Shown: positions 12,215 to 25,814, numbered from the stretch's first letter. The stretch is 64,000 nt of DNA from Squalus acanthias (GCA_030390025.1 CM059438.1:66218001-66282000), one strand, 5' to 3'. The notes: generated from the sequence alone by a model not told the origin. Program-made: numbers and translations.

Positions 12215-13330
12215 CCTTTTGGGCAGTGAGTTCCAGACCCCCACCACCCTCTGGGTGAAAAATATTTTCCTCATCTCCCCTCTAAACCTTCTACCAACTA
12301 CTTTAAATCTATGCGCCCTGGTTCTTGACCCCTCTACTTAGGGAAATAGGTCCTTCCTATCCACTCTATCTAGGCCCCTCATAATTTTATACATCTCAAT
12401 TAAATCTCCCTTCAGCCTCCTCTGTTCCAAGGAAAACAACACCAGCCTATCCAATCTTTCCTCATAGCTAAAGTTTTCCAGTCCTGGCAACATCCTCGTA
12501 AATCTCCTCTGCACGCTCTCCAGTGCAATCACATCCTTCCTGTAATGCGGTGACCAGAACTGCACGCAGTACTCAAGCTGTGGCCTAACTAGTGTTGTAT
12601 GCAGTTCTAGCATAACTTCCCTGTTCTTATATTCTATGCCTTGGGTAATAAAGGAAAGCATTCTGTATGCCTTTTTAACTACTTTATCCACCTGTCCTGC
12701 TACCTTTAAGGATCTGTGGACATACACTCCAAGGTCCCTCTGTTCCTCCACACCTCACAGTATCCTCCCATTAATTGTGTATTCCCTTGCCGTGTTGCCC
12801 CTCCCCACATGCATTATCTCACATCTTTCCGGATTGAATTCCATTTGCAACTTTTCTGCCCAACTGACCAATTGATCGATATCTTCCTGCAGTCTAAAGC
12901 TTTCCTCCTCACTGTCAACCACACGGCCAATTTTTGTATCATCTGCAAATTTCTTTATCATGCCCCCTACATTTAAGTCTAAATCATTAATATATAATAC
13001 AAAAAGTAAGGGACCGAGTACTGAGCCCTGTGGAACCCCACGGGAAACAGCCTTCCAGTCGCAAAAACTCCCCTCAACCATTGCCCTTTGCTTCCTGCCA
13101 CTGAGCTAATTTTGGATCCAATTTGCCACTCTCCCTTATATCCCATGGGCTTTTACTTTTTTGATCAGCCTGCCATGTGGGACCTTGTCAAAAGCCTTGC
13201 TAAAATCCATGTAGACTACATCAAACACACTGCCCTCATTGACCCTCCTTGTTACCTCCTCAAAGAATTCAGATACGACGTTCCCTTAACAAAACCATGC
13301 TGACTGTCCTTGATTAATCTGTGTCTTTCT
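12215..13330 (-). mobile_element. CR1 LINE ORF2 RT fragment
   Basis: [35 protein letters not shown]. Confidence 0.95.
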
Positions 13331-14049
13331 AAATGTTTATTAATGGAAATGATTGAAGTTGAAAATACCAGTTTTTGTTCAATTCTTTTAAATACTGTGA
13401 ACAAAAGAACTACAGCACTTTATATTTGTTGGGTGTCTGGTTGCACTGTGAATAATTCTCTAATTACTTATGTGGACGTACAGCATGTCAGCGCCATAGG
13501 AAAGCTACTGCTTGTGCAGCCATTGCTATAGTGACATGAGACATTGAAAACTTTAAAATTAATACAAATTGCATGAATATATATGCCTCTTTCAACTCAC
13601 CTTGGGCTTTTGGATTGTTTGTCAATGCATAAGCCTGTGATTTAACCTTCGGTAAGAATGCACTTGAACTTTTTCATTGCTGCTTCTAATAGTGGCAGGT
13701 TGGACAGACAATGGGGGAAAAAAAAGCCTTTCAAAGTCTTAGCAACCAAGAAAATAAACAACTGTGCAGTTTACAGCACTGAGAAAATTAATAGCTGTCT
13801 CTCAGCGCAATGTCATAGGCTATTTCTCTGAAAAGTTTGATAGAGCAGAAATATGCAACATTGTCTCATGCCCAGGCTTTATGAAAACTGTGTTATGATA
13901 TTATATATATATATAGCATAACCGTGTAAATGAGTAACGTTGCTGAAGTGTTAATGCATTATTATGCAGTTCTTTTATATCCCAGTCATTTCTGACAAGT
14001 AACTTTTTTAAAATAGAGTTTGCACATGTTTGTAAAAGCTTTTAATTAA

Positions 14050-15243
14050 TTCTACCATAAACAAACTTGCAGATTGGGCATGTAAATGACAAATGAAGTT
14101 CAATATAGATAAGTGTGAGGTGATGCATTTTGGTAGGAGGAATGAGGAGGCCACCTACTCCTTGGAACATAAGGGGGAAAAATTCAGTCGCGCCCCGTTT
14201 GGGGCGCAAATATCGTCCGGGCGCAAAAATTAGCACCTGCCGCTAATTATCGCCACTGACTGGAAACTTCACTTTTATCGACCCCTGAGGTGATTGGAGC
14301 GCTAAATCAGGCGCTTCACACCTGTCTTAAGGCGCAAAGGCCGAGGAGCAAGGCGCTACCTCAGAGCGCTGTCAAAGCTCATGTAATGTCAGTCAGCAAT
14401 GGAACACACACACAATGGCACGGGCTAGTTCTTAAAGAGGATGGTTAATCTTGCTTTCCATCCACATCCTACTCATTGCAGCCTTGAATCTCGGCCTGGA
14501 GAGACCTGCACATCAAATCTGCTAGAAAGAACAATGGAGAGTACGAGGCAAAGAGCTCAGAGTGCAGCCCCCACAGTCTCTCCTAAATCGATACAAGGAA
14601 TGGCAAATCAAAATGAACCTGCAAAGTGCTGCTCAGTACCCAAAACTCCTTCACACAACGTTGAAACTCTCCAGAAGTCTCTCTCTCTCTCTCTCAGAAT
14701 GCGTAGTTCAAAAATGGCACCAACAATAAAAGGCAGGAATCGGTCACCTTTAAATAGCGCTCCCCCTTTCCCTTCATGACTGCAGAACGCTCCCTTCAAC
14801 CTGTCGTTGCTAGCGTCAGGCGGTAAGGCAGGGGGCGCCACTGAATATCCGCTCCGGGGCGATACCGGGGCGTTGCGCACTCGAGTGACGTCACGATCTG
14901 CCGGCGCAGGAGATCGTGGCGGTAGTGTTTAGCGCCGCCGCAAAATGTCTAGTTAATTTCGCGAGCGGCGCAAACTTCGCCGTGCCCGGGCGCTAGCTGC
15001 TTTGCGCCCCATTAGCGCCCTCTTAAGGTGCTAACGGGAGGCGCAACCAACTGAATTTTTCCCCCTAAGAGTCTAAATGGGGTCGAGGTGCAAAGGGACC
15101 TAGGGGTATAGATTCACAAATCTTTAAAAGTAGCAACGCAGGTTAAAAAAGCCATAAAAGTGCAAATAAAGCACTGGGGCTCATTTCTAGAGGAATGGAA
15201 TTCAAAAGCACAGAAGTTATGTTAAACTTGTATAGAACCTTGT
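14050..15243 (+). mobile_element. CR1 LINE fragment interrupted by a Harbinger MITE
   Basis: KCEVMHFGRRN...RDLGV.IHKSLKV continues across the insertion at 14173-15065. Confidence 0.85.
14173..15065 (-). mobile_element. Non-autonomous Harbinger (deletion derivative of the element B family)
   Basis: Perfect TIR GGGGGAAAAATTCAG; TAA TSD at 14170-14172 and 15066-15068; right ~500 bp closely match ~7490-8014. Confidence 0.95.
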
Positions 15244-15244
15244 C

Positions 15245-15434
15245 TGATTGTCTCATGATTTGAGACAGTGGGGTTGCAATATGACATTACTGTATATGTG
15301 CTTTGAAGTGGTTGTTGTTGCTGCCGTTGTTGTAAAAGTTGTTGTTGTAGTAAAATTTGCCCACGGACAAAAAAGGTCACGCTCAAAGGAGTTTGTGGCC
15401 CGCTCAGTACAAAAAAACATTAGAGGGAACATTG
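15245..15434. mobile_element. hAT element terminal fragment
   Basis: Ends TTAGAGGGAACATTG, same TIR type as the 50754 MITE. Confidence 0.55.
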
Positions 15435-15469
15435 ATCATGTTCCCTCACTATTGCTTTGATATTTTGCC

Positions 15470-16175
15470 CCAGGTTAGATTATATAAGGTATTGGTGAGA
15501 CCGCACCTGGAATACTGCATACAGTTTTGGTGTCCAAACTTAAGAAAAGACATACTTGCTCTCGAGGCAGTACAAAGAAGGTTCACTCGGTTAATCCCGG
15601 GGATGAGGGGATGGACATATGAGGAGAGGTTGAGTAGATTGGGACTCTACTCATTGGAGTTCAGAAGAATGAGAGGCGATCTTATTGAAACATATAAGAT
15701 TGTGAAGGGGCTTGATCGGGTGGATGCGGTAAGGATGTTCCCAAGGATGGGTGAAACTAGAACTAGGGGGCATAATCTTAGAATAAGGGGCTGCTCTTTC
15801 AAAACTGAGATGAGGAGAAACTTCTTCACTCAGAGGGTAGTAGGTCTGTGGAATTTGCTGCCCCAGGAAGCTGTGGAAGCTACATCATTAAATAAATTTA
15901 AAAAAAAAATAGACAGTTTCCTAGAAGTAAAGGGAATTAGGGGTTACGGGGAGCGGGCAGGAAATTGGACATGAGGCTGAGTTCGGATCGGTCAAGGCCC
16001 TGTGGGTGGCGGAGCGGGCCCAGGGGCTGAGTGGCCGGGTCCTGCTCCTACTTCTTGTGTTCTTTAGATTTGAGGTTAGGATCAGATCAGCCATGTTCTT
16101 ATTGAATGGCGGAGCAGGCTCGAGGGGCCGATTGGCCTACTCCTGTTCCTATTTCTTATGTTCTTATGTTCTTAT
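15470..16175 (+). mobile_element. Young CR1 LINE 3' end with duplicated 3' UTR
   Basis: Uninterrupted [13 protein letters not shown]...GIRGYGERAGNWT*; (TTCTTATG)n tail. Confidence 0.95.
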
Positions 16176-17004
16176 CCCTGCCCTCAGGTTATACTCCTTA
16201 CCAATGCGGGAAGATCCAACCTGAGATTTCCATATACACCATTAATGCTGTCTAGTGACTGACTCTGCACATGACAAATTTGAACTGATTTATCCTCTGG
16301 CCAGTTTTCCTTCCCTCCCTTGACGACGTGGCCATCATCAGTAAAATTCACATGCCTCAAAAAAAAGCCCAAGAGCAGTTGTCAGACAAGGCTATGATTT
16401 GAGTTGTGCTGTACACACAGTTCAAGAATGCGGTTCCACAACATCCCAAGACACCCTGGAGCAAGGCATTAATATTAAATCTTTAGCGTATGCAAATGCA
16501 TCATTTCCCGATTGAAAGCCATATTTGCTGTGACTGTTGGCATGGTGTCTGGGAGCCGAGCCTAAACACCGTCCCCCCCCGCCCCCCTTCTCCTGTGGCT
16601 GCGCATGTGCACCCGATGTTGCGGCCACGAGATGCAGCCAAGTATGTTGGTGGGTTTCCTAAATAACCTGTCCAAAAAGCTGAACATTGAAGTGTGATAA
16701 TTTAAAATGGATTGACCTGTTTGAGTTATTTAAAACAATATTAAGATATTTATGACAAACTCCTTTGAGTTTAGCTTATGAGTAGCTGAGTTTGTCAGTG
16801 CTGTTAGCTAAAGATTAGGAATCAGTACTTTAGTTTCCAATTGAAGGTCAAAGGATGTCCGATCCTAATGTTCAAAGTATTTCAATTGTAGTAAGTGTTT
16901 GATCTGGTTGACGTAATCAATGCAGTTGGCCCGTGTAGTGGTTGTGTGAATGACATCATTGGTTATGGTAGCACGGTGGTTATGTTAATAGATTATCCAG
17001 TTAG

Positions 17005-17660
17005 TGACCCACTCATCAGAAGGAATAGTTTTTCTCTATCTACTCTATTAAAACCTCTATTGGGTCACCTCTTAACCTTCTCTGTTCCCAGGAGAACAGT
17101 CCTAACTTTTCCAACCTCTCCTCATAACTGAAGTCCCTCATTCCTGGGGACATCCGGGTAAAACTCCTCTGTACCCTTTCAAAGGCCATCTTTCCTGAAG
17201 TGTGAACTAATGATTTATAAAGTTCTAGCATGATCTCTTTGTTTTTATATTCTATGCCTCTATTTATAAACCCAAGTAACCCATAGGCTTTTTTAACCAC
17301 CTTATCAACTTGTCCTGCCACCTTTAAGGATTTGTGAATATGGACACCAAGATCTCTCTGCTCATCTACACTTTTCAAAATTGTGCCATTTATAGTATAC
17401 TGTCTTTCCATATTAGTCCTCCCAGAGCGTATCACTTCCCACTTCTCTGCATTGAACTCCATCTGCCATGCTCCTGCCCATTTCACCATCCTGTCTATGT
17501 CATCCTGAAATGTACAACTATCCTCATCACTATCCACTACGTTGCCAGGTTTTGTATCAGCTGCAAACTTTATAATACTGCTCCCTACTGCTCGAGTCTC
17601 GGTCATTTATAAAAATTGAAAAGCGTAATGGACCCAAAACTGACCCTTGGGAATACCCCT
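17005..17660 (-). mobile_element. CR1 LINE RT fragment
   Basis: KFAADTK, QRDLGVHIHKSLK, RRLRGD. Confidence 0.9.
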
Positions 17661-17667
17661 GCAAACC

Positions 17668-17735
17668 AACTCTGCTTTTCTCTACTACAGATGCTGCCTG
17701 ACCTGCTGAGCATGTCCAGCGCTTTTTTTAATTTC
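17668..17735 (+). mobile_element. Penelope pLTR fragment
   Basis: AACTCTG..CAGATGCTGCCTGACCTGCTGAG. Confidence 0.7.
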
Positions 17736-18132
17736 TTAAATTCATTGCATGTGTTTGCTGATGTTGAAATCAGAAGGGATGTTCCAATTCAAGAATCATC
17801 TCTGAATGCAAACCAGGAAGGAAATGGCGAACAAGAGATTGTACTGGAGTGAAACAGAAAAGCAGGCTTCGTTTGCAGTATTTAATCAGAGCCATCAGTG
17901 AAACTGTTTATCTTAACTTCTTCATTCGATAATTCAAAAAAGTAATTAGTCCCTTATGGGCATTGTTAAAGAAATTGATGTTAGTTAATTAAGCCTGTAA
18001 AAGCTCTGATCTGTGTTTTGATATTATGATACAGCAAGCTGATTGGAAAGAAATGGTACTAATCTATGTCAAGTCCAGTCTGCAAGTTACTGCAGCCCTG
18101 GACCACACACGGTTTACAAAAAGAAAAAGAAA

Positions 18133-18512
18133 GACTTGCATTTATATAGTGCCTTTCACAACAACCAGATGTCCCAAAGCACTTTACAGCCAATTAAGTA
18201 CTTTCTAAAGTGTAGTCACTGTTGAAACGTGGCAGCCAATTTGCACACAGCAAACTCCCACAAACAGCAATGTGATAATGACCAGATAATCTGTTTTAAC
18301 GTTGTTCATTAAGCAATAATATCCCCTGCTCTTTTTTGAAATAGTACCATCTTTTATGTCCACCTGTTTAACATCTCATCCAAAAGATGGCACCTCTGAC
18401 AGTGCAGCACTCCCTCAATACTGCACTAGATTTTTGTGCTCAAGTCTCTCGAGTGGGACTTGAACCCACAACCTTCTGATGTGGAGGGTACAACCAACTG
18501 AGCCACAGCTGA
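18133..18512 (-). mobile_element. Deu-domain SINE (SacSINE1-like)
   Basis: Family layout from TTGCATTTATATAG to the tRNA-like head GGACTTGAACCC. Confidence 0.88.
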
Positions 18513-19009
18513 CTCAAGGGCTGACTCGTGGATCATGGGGCAAAGTTTACACATGGGTAAGGCTGTGAGACCATTGAAAGAGAAAATGGTGCTTTTAGAA
18601 ACCTAAAGCCTAACACTTGTACAATGAATTTAACCTGTAAAGATCCCACCACTGCCGAAATTTGTGCTCGAGGGACGGAATGGCATTCTCCTGTTCCTAT
18701 GTTCCTATGTATATCCTCCTTATTCCAGCTGCTGAATAGCATTTTTGATGGAATAAGAGATTTCACTCTGGTATCGAACTCCTGCTGTTGCTTGCTGGAT
18801 ATGAACCCTGACAAAACAGCTTTAGAACCTGCAGTGGCTCTTGTGGAAATTCCTTTTGCAGGCTGTGGCTTTCAGAGCCGATCAACATCTTGAGCTGATT
18901 TAGGCATTTTTTTTCCTACGGAACGGTTATCGGGAGCAACAGCATTGGCTTCTCCGTGCAGATTTTAACTTGGTTTTCACGTATTCAAAAAAAAAAGGAA
19001 ATGCTCGCT

Positions 19010-19547
19010 TTTATACAAGCACCTTCCATGACCCCAGGACGGCCTGAGGTGCTTCACAGTCAATGAAGTACTTTTGAAGTGCAGTCACTGTTGTAGGAAA
19101 CACAGCAGCCAATTGGTGCACAACCCACAAAATTTGCCTCGATCGATGGCGCAAAATGGCAGCATCGGATCGGCTGCCCGTTATTGACTGCAATGGAGCT
19201 GAATATCAGGCGCTGTTTATAACAGGCTGTTTATAACAGGCGGCCGATCTGATACTGCCCGAGATGAATTTCTAGGCTTTGTTTTAGTGATGTTGGTTGA
19301 AGGATAAATTGGCCAAGACACCAGGGAGAACTCCCCTGTTCTTCTTCGGACTAGTCCCATGGCATCTTTCACATCTACCTGAGAGAGCAGACAGGTTTAA
19401 CGTTGCATCCAAAAGAGCGCACTGTCGACAGTCCAACGCTCCCTCGGTACTGCACTGGACCGCCAGCCGAGGTTTTGTGCTCAAGTCTCTGGAGTGGGAA
19501 TTGAACTCACAACCTTCTGACGCAGAGGCGAGAGTGCTACCCACTGA
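19010..19547 (-). mobile_element. Deu-domain SINE interrupted by a small Harbinger-like MITE (~19128-19277)
   Basis: SINE halves flank a CpG-rich insert ending GAATTTCTAGGC. Confidence 0.75.
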
Positions 19548-20009
19548 ATATATTGACTGCATACTGGTCCTTTCTTGCCTACAGGATCAGCTGGGGATCA
19601 TTAATGAAACCATTGAGAGTTTAATTGGTGCTGGCAATAACACATTCTGTGGAGCTCTTTCTAAGCTGATTTGATGACAAAATGACCTGTAGAAAATGGC
19701 TTGTGAAACACTGAATGAATGCACAAGAAGTGTTTCCCATTACAGGAGGAGGTAGAAGTTTGGTTAGAAAGACTGCAAACTACATATTCAGGGGATCTTC
19801 TCGGATCTACATTTCTTATGTAATGTAGCTGGTTTTATTTTATTTTGGATGTCCATTCGCTCCTGACGGTAACAAGGGACAATAAAAATGGCTCCAGAAC
19901 TGTCTATGAAACAAATCACGATTCATTGTGTCGCAAAAAACATTCTCTGATAATGAAAATCATTGCAAAAGTGATGATCAATGGCTCAGTGAGATCGTCC
20001 TGAATCTTA

Positions 20010-20720
20010 CAGAGCAGGACTTCAATCCACAGTCTGTGCTGAGTTAGCTGATCTGAGCCAGGGCAGCATAGGCGTGCAACAGTTTGTCCAAAGAATCACA
20101 GAAGGCAAAACTGGTCAGGCTTCCTGCTCCAGATCTCTACACAGCAAACCCCCATTGAATCAAGTTGGGCTGTAATGCCCCATGCATTGCAATGCAGGTC
20201 AGAACTCAGGGACCCGGGTTCGAATCTGACCTCGGGTGACTGTCTGTGTGGAGTTTGCACATTCTCCCCGTGTCTGCGTGGGTTTCCTCCGGGTGCTCCG
20301 GTTTCCTCCCACAGTCCAAAAATGTGCGGGTTAGGTTGATTTGGCTATGATAAATTGACCCTTAGTGTTAGGGGGGGATTAAATATGTGGGGTTATGGGG
20401 ATAGGATGGGATATGTTAGGGGGAATTAAATACGTGGGGTTACGGGGGTAGGGTGGGATATGTGTACTGTGGGGATTAAAGCAGGGACAGGGTACTGGAT
20501 TTGGATGATCAGCCATGATCGTATTGAATGGTGGAGCAGGCTCGACGGGCCGAATGGCCTACTCCTGCTCCTAGATTCTATGTTTCTATGTTTCTATGTC
20601 AGAAGTCACAGATGAATAAAAGCCAGTTGGACAGTGACCAGCACCCATGGAACTGTACCCCAGCAAGGGATCAACATCTTCAGGACAAGAGGGAAGGAAG
20701 AAAAACCAGTAGGGAAAAAC
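20010..20720 (+). mobile_element. Old unclassified SINE-like repeat interrupted by a V-SINE
   Basis: GTCTGTGCTGAGTTAGCTGATCT core also at ~37392 and ~60304; related reverse-strand piece at ~32750-32930. Confidence 0.55.
20206..20598 (+). mobile_element. V-SINE (HE1-like) with CR1-type tail
   Basis: B-box GGTTCGAATC; V-domain GTGTGGAGTTTGCACATTCTCCCCGTGTCTGCGTGGGTTTCCTCCGGGTGCTCCGGTTTCCTCCCAC; (TTCTATGT)n tail; internal ~47 bp tandem duplication. Confidence 0.9.
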
Positions 20721-21037
20721 TAGCAAGAAAAGAGAAAAAAAAAGTGAAAAAATTATATTAGGGGAAACTCGCCGATGGGCGACCTTTTGATACAAGCCCT
20801 TAAATTTCTCACAGCATAGGAATTCCAATTGAAAAAATGCCCTTATGATAAGTGATTATTTCATTGTTCTTAAAGCCTATTTGGTGTTCATCGAGAATTG
20901 GTTTCAGATATTGTATAAATATTGAAACTTCTCAGTGCACAGACACGATGGGCCAAATGGCCTCATTCTGTGCTGTAATTTTCTATGATTCTCTGATTTC
21001 ACAGTTGTTTAAGAATGGTTTGTTGAATACAAATATA

Positions 21038-22823
21038 GGGCTGAATTTTGCCGGCGCTCAGAGGGCGGGTTCGGAGGCGCGTCAGCTGTCAAAATACCAA
21101 AGATTGACAGCGGGTAGGGAACCCGCTGTCAACCCGCCTCCACGCGAGTCTCCCAGGTGTCGGGTCTGTCGGCGCTGAACAGACCCAACACCAAACGGCG
21201 GGGGAGGCAATTCACATCATTAAATAGGTTGTTAACATCCAATTAACTGTTATTTTAAGCCTGCATTTCAATTTAACATGTTCCGCCACGGGTTACACGC
21301 TGCTCGGGGAACACGTCAGCTCAGCATGTCGTGAGTGGATTCAGCACTGAATTATCACATGACCTGACAGCTGCCAAAGTTGTATAAAAGATCCCATGTT
21401 ACAGCTGTTCACTTTCAAAGCTCAGAAACTGTTGGGTACTGCATTTGGAAGACATATTGAGCTTTCTGCAGATTGCAAGTGTTTGGAGCCAACTCTCTAT
21501 CTAATGCCACCTCATTGGAACAACCTCTCTCACCATTGACAGATCGCTTCTGTCATCTGAACCTCACCTGCCATCTATTCCATCAGCATCGTTGCCCTTG
21601 AAAATATCTCACCTTGGTCCTCAGAATCCCACCAAGATCAGCCCCAACCCCAGCATCACCAGGCACACCAGCAGCAACAACAACAAGTCCAGCCTTCTCC
21701 GCAATCAACTGATGCTGCACAGGACACAGGGCATCAGCATCCACCGACATTGCTGCCCGGGACGCCAGGGATGGCCTCACCATGGCCAGATTTACTTCAC
21801 TTGATACTGTACATCCTGGATGCCACAGGATGCGCGAGGTTGGCACCACCCCACACCAATACTATAAAGCATCCCTACAATGCCCAAGCCATTCCTTTCA
21901 CACTCATCACCATTGCGGGGGGTGCTGTTATGTCTCACCATTCACTACAACTTACTAAGCCACTTCCAAAGGTGCACACAAATCAGTCCAAGAACGCAAA
22001 GTGCTGAAAATAAAGGTTTCAATGTTTGACAGCACATTACTTGAAACTTCACATAAACATTGGCTAAAAGACCCAAGTGCCTACCCTTGTGTGTTGTTAG
22101 TTGGTATGCTTGCAGTACAATGAGGGTGAGTATGAGGGGTGGCTAGTGAAATGCGGAAGTGATAATGTAGATAGGGATGGGTGGAGGTGCAAGTTAAGTC
22201 GGTGTGAGTAAAGCTGTGCAGGAGTAGGGTAGGAAAGGCAGAGTGATGTGAATGTGATGAGTGGCACAGCAGGATGAGGTTGAGGGTGGCTTGGCAGTAA
22301 TATTTTGTGATCTGCTGGAATCATTGAAAGGTTTGCGCCACTGCAGCCAGGGACTCCTGACGACATCCCTGCTTTTGCCCTCCTGTGCAATGTGAAACCA
22401 GGCTGCGTTGATCTCCTGGGGAGGTCTCTTCCGCCCGTGGGAAGGGACGAGAACCTCCCTGTGTGCTGTGACTCTCTCCATGAGCATATGGAGGGAGTCA
22501 TGGGAGAGCCTGGGTGCAGCCGTGCACCTTTGTGCAGTGCATGTCAGTGTTTGCAGCACCTCAATGCTGTAGAATACTGACAACAGAACTGTCAAGATCA
22601 ATTTGAACATGGTTCCTTTAAGGAAACCGGCTGATGACGCGTCATCGAATGATCTCATCAGACCTGCTTCCTTTTAATTGCCCGGGAACCTCACAGGAGG
22701 GGCATAACAAGCCCTATTAACGTAAAATCGCTTGGAGAGTGCGGGCTGGAGCAGGCAGCGGGCTGGGACCGCGACACTGACCCCGGCCGCCCCGGACTCG
22801 CCTCGATTGGTGAAATCACGGCC
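21038..22823 (+). mobile_element. Harbinger deletion derivative (related to the 27206/53531 family)
   Basis: Ends GGGCTGAATTTTGCC / GGTGAAATCACGGCC; flanks ATA/ATT; fused transposase N- and C-terminal remnants (+); Myb exon remnant on - (APRLSHDSLHMLMERV..AWFHIA..WLQWRKPFND). Confidence 0.85.
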
Positions 22824-22827
22824 ATTG

Positions 22828-24060
22828 AATCATAGAATCTCTGCAAGAGCACTTCAGCTAGTCCCATTCTCCCGCCCTTTCCTCGTAGTCCTGCAATTTA
22901 TTTTCCTTCAGGTACTTATCCAGTTCCCTTTTGAAAGCCACAATGGAATCTGCCTCCACCAGCCTCTCAGGCAGTGCATTCCAGATCCTAACCACTGGCT
23001 GCATAAAAAAGATTTTCCTCATGTCGCCTTTGGTTCCAATGGGAACAGTTTCTCTCTATCTACTCTGTCCAGACCCCTCATGATTTTGAACACCTCTATC
23101 AAATCTCCTCTCAATCTTCTCTGCTCTAAGGAGAACAACCTCAGCTTCTCCAGTCTATCCACATAACTGAAGTCCCTCATCCCTGGAACCATTCTTGTAA
23201 ATCTTTTCTGCACCCTCTCTAAGGCCTTCACATCCTTCCTAAAGTGCGGTGCCCAGAATTGGACACAATACTCCAGTTGAGGCCGAACCAGTGTTTTATA
23301 AAGGTTCATCATAACTTCCTTGCTTTTGTATTCTATGCCTCTGTTTATGAAGCCAAGGATCCCGTATGCGTTTTTAACTGCTTTCTCAACCTGCCCTACC
23401 ACCTTCAATGATTTGTGCACATATACCCCCAGGTCTCTCTGTTCATGCACCCCCTTTAGAATTGTACCATTTAGTTTATATGTCCTCTCCTTGTTCTTCC
23501 TTCCAAAACGTATCACTTCACACTTTTCTGCGTTAAATTTCATCTACCACGTGTCCGCCCATTCCACCAGGCTGTCTATGTCATCTTGAAGTCTATCACT
23601 ATCCTTCTCACTATTCACTATACTTCCAAGTTTTGTGTCATCAGCAAATTTTGAAATGCCACCCAAGTCTAATTTATTAATATATATCAAGAAAAGCAGT
23701 GGTTCTAGAACCGACGTCTGGGGAACACCACTGTATACCTTCCTCCAGTCTGAAAAACAACCGTTCACCACTACTCTCTGTTTCCTGTCACTTAGCCAAT
23801 TTCATATCCACACTGCCACTGTCCCTTTTTTTCCATGGGCTTCAACTTTGCTGGCATGCCTATTATGTGGCACTTTATCAACTGCCTTTTGGAAGTCCAT
23901 GTACACCACATCAACCGCATTGCCCTCATCAACCCTCTCTGTTACCTCATCAAAAAACTCAATCAAGTTAATTAAACATGATTTGCCTTTAACAAATCCG
24001 TGCTGGCTTTCCTTAATTAATCCATACTTGTCCAAGTGACTGTTAATTTTGTTCTGGATT
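22828..24060 (-). mobile_element. CR1 LINE RT/3' fragment
   Basis: [39 protein letters not shown]. Confidence 0.95.
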
Positions 24061-24379
24061 AGAAAAATGTTGAAAAGATTGGTACGTGAGATCTGATTTT
24101 AGTAAACAGCTTGCACGCATCTTTCTGTTTGTTCCAAGGAGGTGGGCAACACTGGAATAGCCAGATTTATTGTCCATCTTGAGGTGCCATGACAATTGAG
24201 TGTCTTGCTAGACCGCTTAAGAGGATGTTCGAGGTCAACCACAAAGGGAGTAATATTCACTTTCACCACTTGGCCAGTAAACTGGTGGAATGGGTTGTCC
24301 AGCCATCTCACCGATTTTAGTATCCAATGAAATCAACAGAAATGAAGAAGGTTGTATTAAGGGCACTTTATTTCAAGTT

Positions 24380-24706
24380 AAGTTTCAAGATATTAAGGGG
24401 AACAGATAGAGGGAAACTATTTCCGCTGGTTGGGGATTCTAGGACTAGGGGGCACAGTCTAAAAATTAGAGCCAGACCTTTCAGGGGTGAAATTAGGAAA
24501 CACTTCTACACACAAAAGGTGGTAGAAGTTTGGAACTCTCTTCCACAAATGGCAATCGATGCTGGATCAATTGTTAACCAAAGGTATTACGGGATATGGG
24601 CCAGAGGTGGGTATATGGAGTTAGGTCTCAGATCAGCCATGATCTCATTGAATGACGGAACAGGCTCGAAAGGATCAATGGCCTCCTCCTGTTCCTTTGT
24701 TCCTAA
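24380..24706 (+). mobile_element. CR1 3' end inserted into an older repeat (~24130-24950)
   Basis: SRTRGHSLKIRARPF; GATCAGCCATGATC..GGCTCGA tail. Confidence 0.85.
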
Positions 24707-25049
24707 GGGCAGGTGGTCGGCTAGTTTACTGCCCCAGCAGTGAAAGGGAAAATTACTCCCTTAGTGTGTGACTGGAGTCACATGGAAGCTAGAAGATGTA
24801 AGGAAGACAGGCTCCCTTCCCTGAAAGACAGAAGTGAACCTGTTAGATTTACAACTATCTGGAAGCGTTCATGGTCTTTTTTTTCTGATGCTGGCTCACA
24901 AATTACCAGGTTTATTGAATTTAGTTTCACAACTTTCTGTGGTATAATTTGAACTCATCTGGTGTAGCTGCTATCAATTGTTTTCTAAAGCAGCTTTCAC
25001 CTGGAATTTCTGCGTGGAAGATCGACGTATCCCCCTCCAGAGAAACTAT

Positions 25050-25814
25050 GGGCCAGAAATTCGGCTTTCCGGCTTCCTGCAGGTGCAAGCATCGCGTGCG
25101 TACTTGCCTACCGCGCCTGCCGTTGTGCTTCGGGCCCATGAGGAATTCGGCTCCTGGGCCTCCTGCAGCTGCCGGCGCACAGTGCTTGCGTATCACAGGG
25201 GCGCAGTTAGTTCGAAGCGTCCCCTGGGATCACGTGGGCCATGGAGAGCCAATCGGAGAAGGGCATTTTCATTCATAGATTTGACAGGAAGACCTGTCAA
25301 ATCTATGAATAGAGATCGGCCCCAAAACCACACTTAAACTTCAAATAAATTTAAAAAAAACATCACATTTTTAAAATAACTATAAGTTACATAAATTAAC
25401 TACTTTAAACAAAAATTTAAATTTTTGAAAAAGTTAATTATACTTTTTAACGGTGCTAAAAATAAACTTACCTTTCTTTAAAGTATCTAAAAAAGATAAA
25501 CCTGTTGAAAAAATGTTTAAATTGTAATTAATTAACCACTTACCTTGTTAAAAACAGGCCTTGCGCCTCCTTTTTAAAAGTGCAGCTTCTCCATACTTAC
25601 ACTCCCGGAGAAACCTGAAAAAAAAAACGAAGTTCGCTGCGTGCGCGCTGCCTCTACCACGCACTGCGTTCGACTTCTGAACCCCTCCCTTCAGGGGAAC
25701 GGCAGTTCCGGTTTCCCGCGCATGCGCAGTGCATGCACGAAACCGGCACTTCAGGTGGCCTTACGGGTGAGTACACAGCGCGTACTCACCCGACAAGAGC
25801 CGAATTTCTGGCCC
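25050..25814. mobile_element. Harbinger-type MITE
   Basis: Perfect TIR GGGCCAGAAATTCGGCT; AT-rich centre; related to 43465-44206 in the opposite orientation. Confidence 0.88.
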
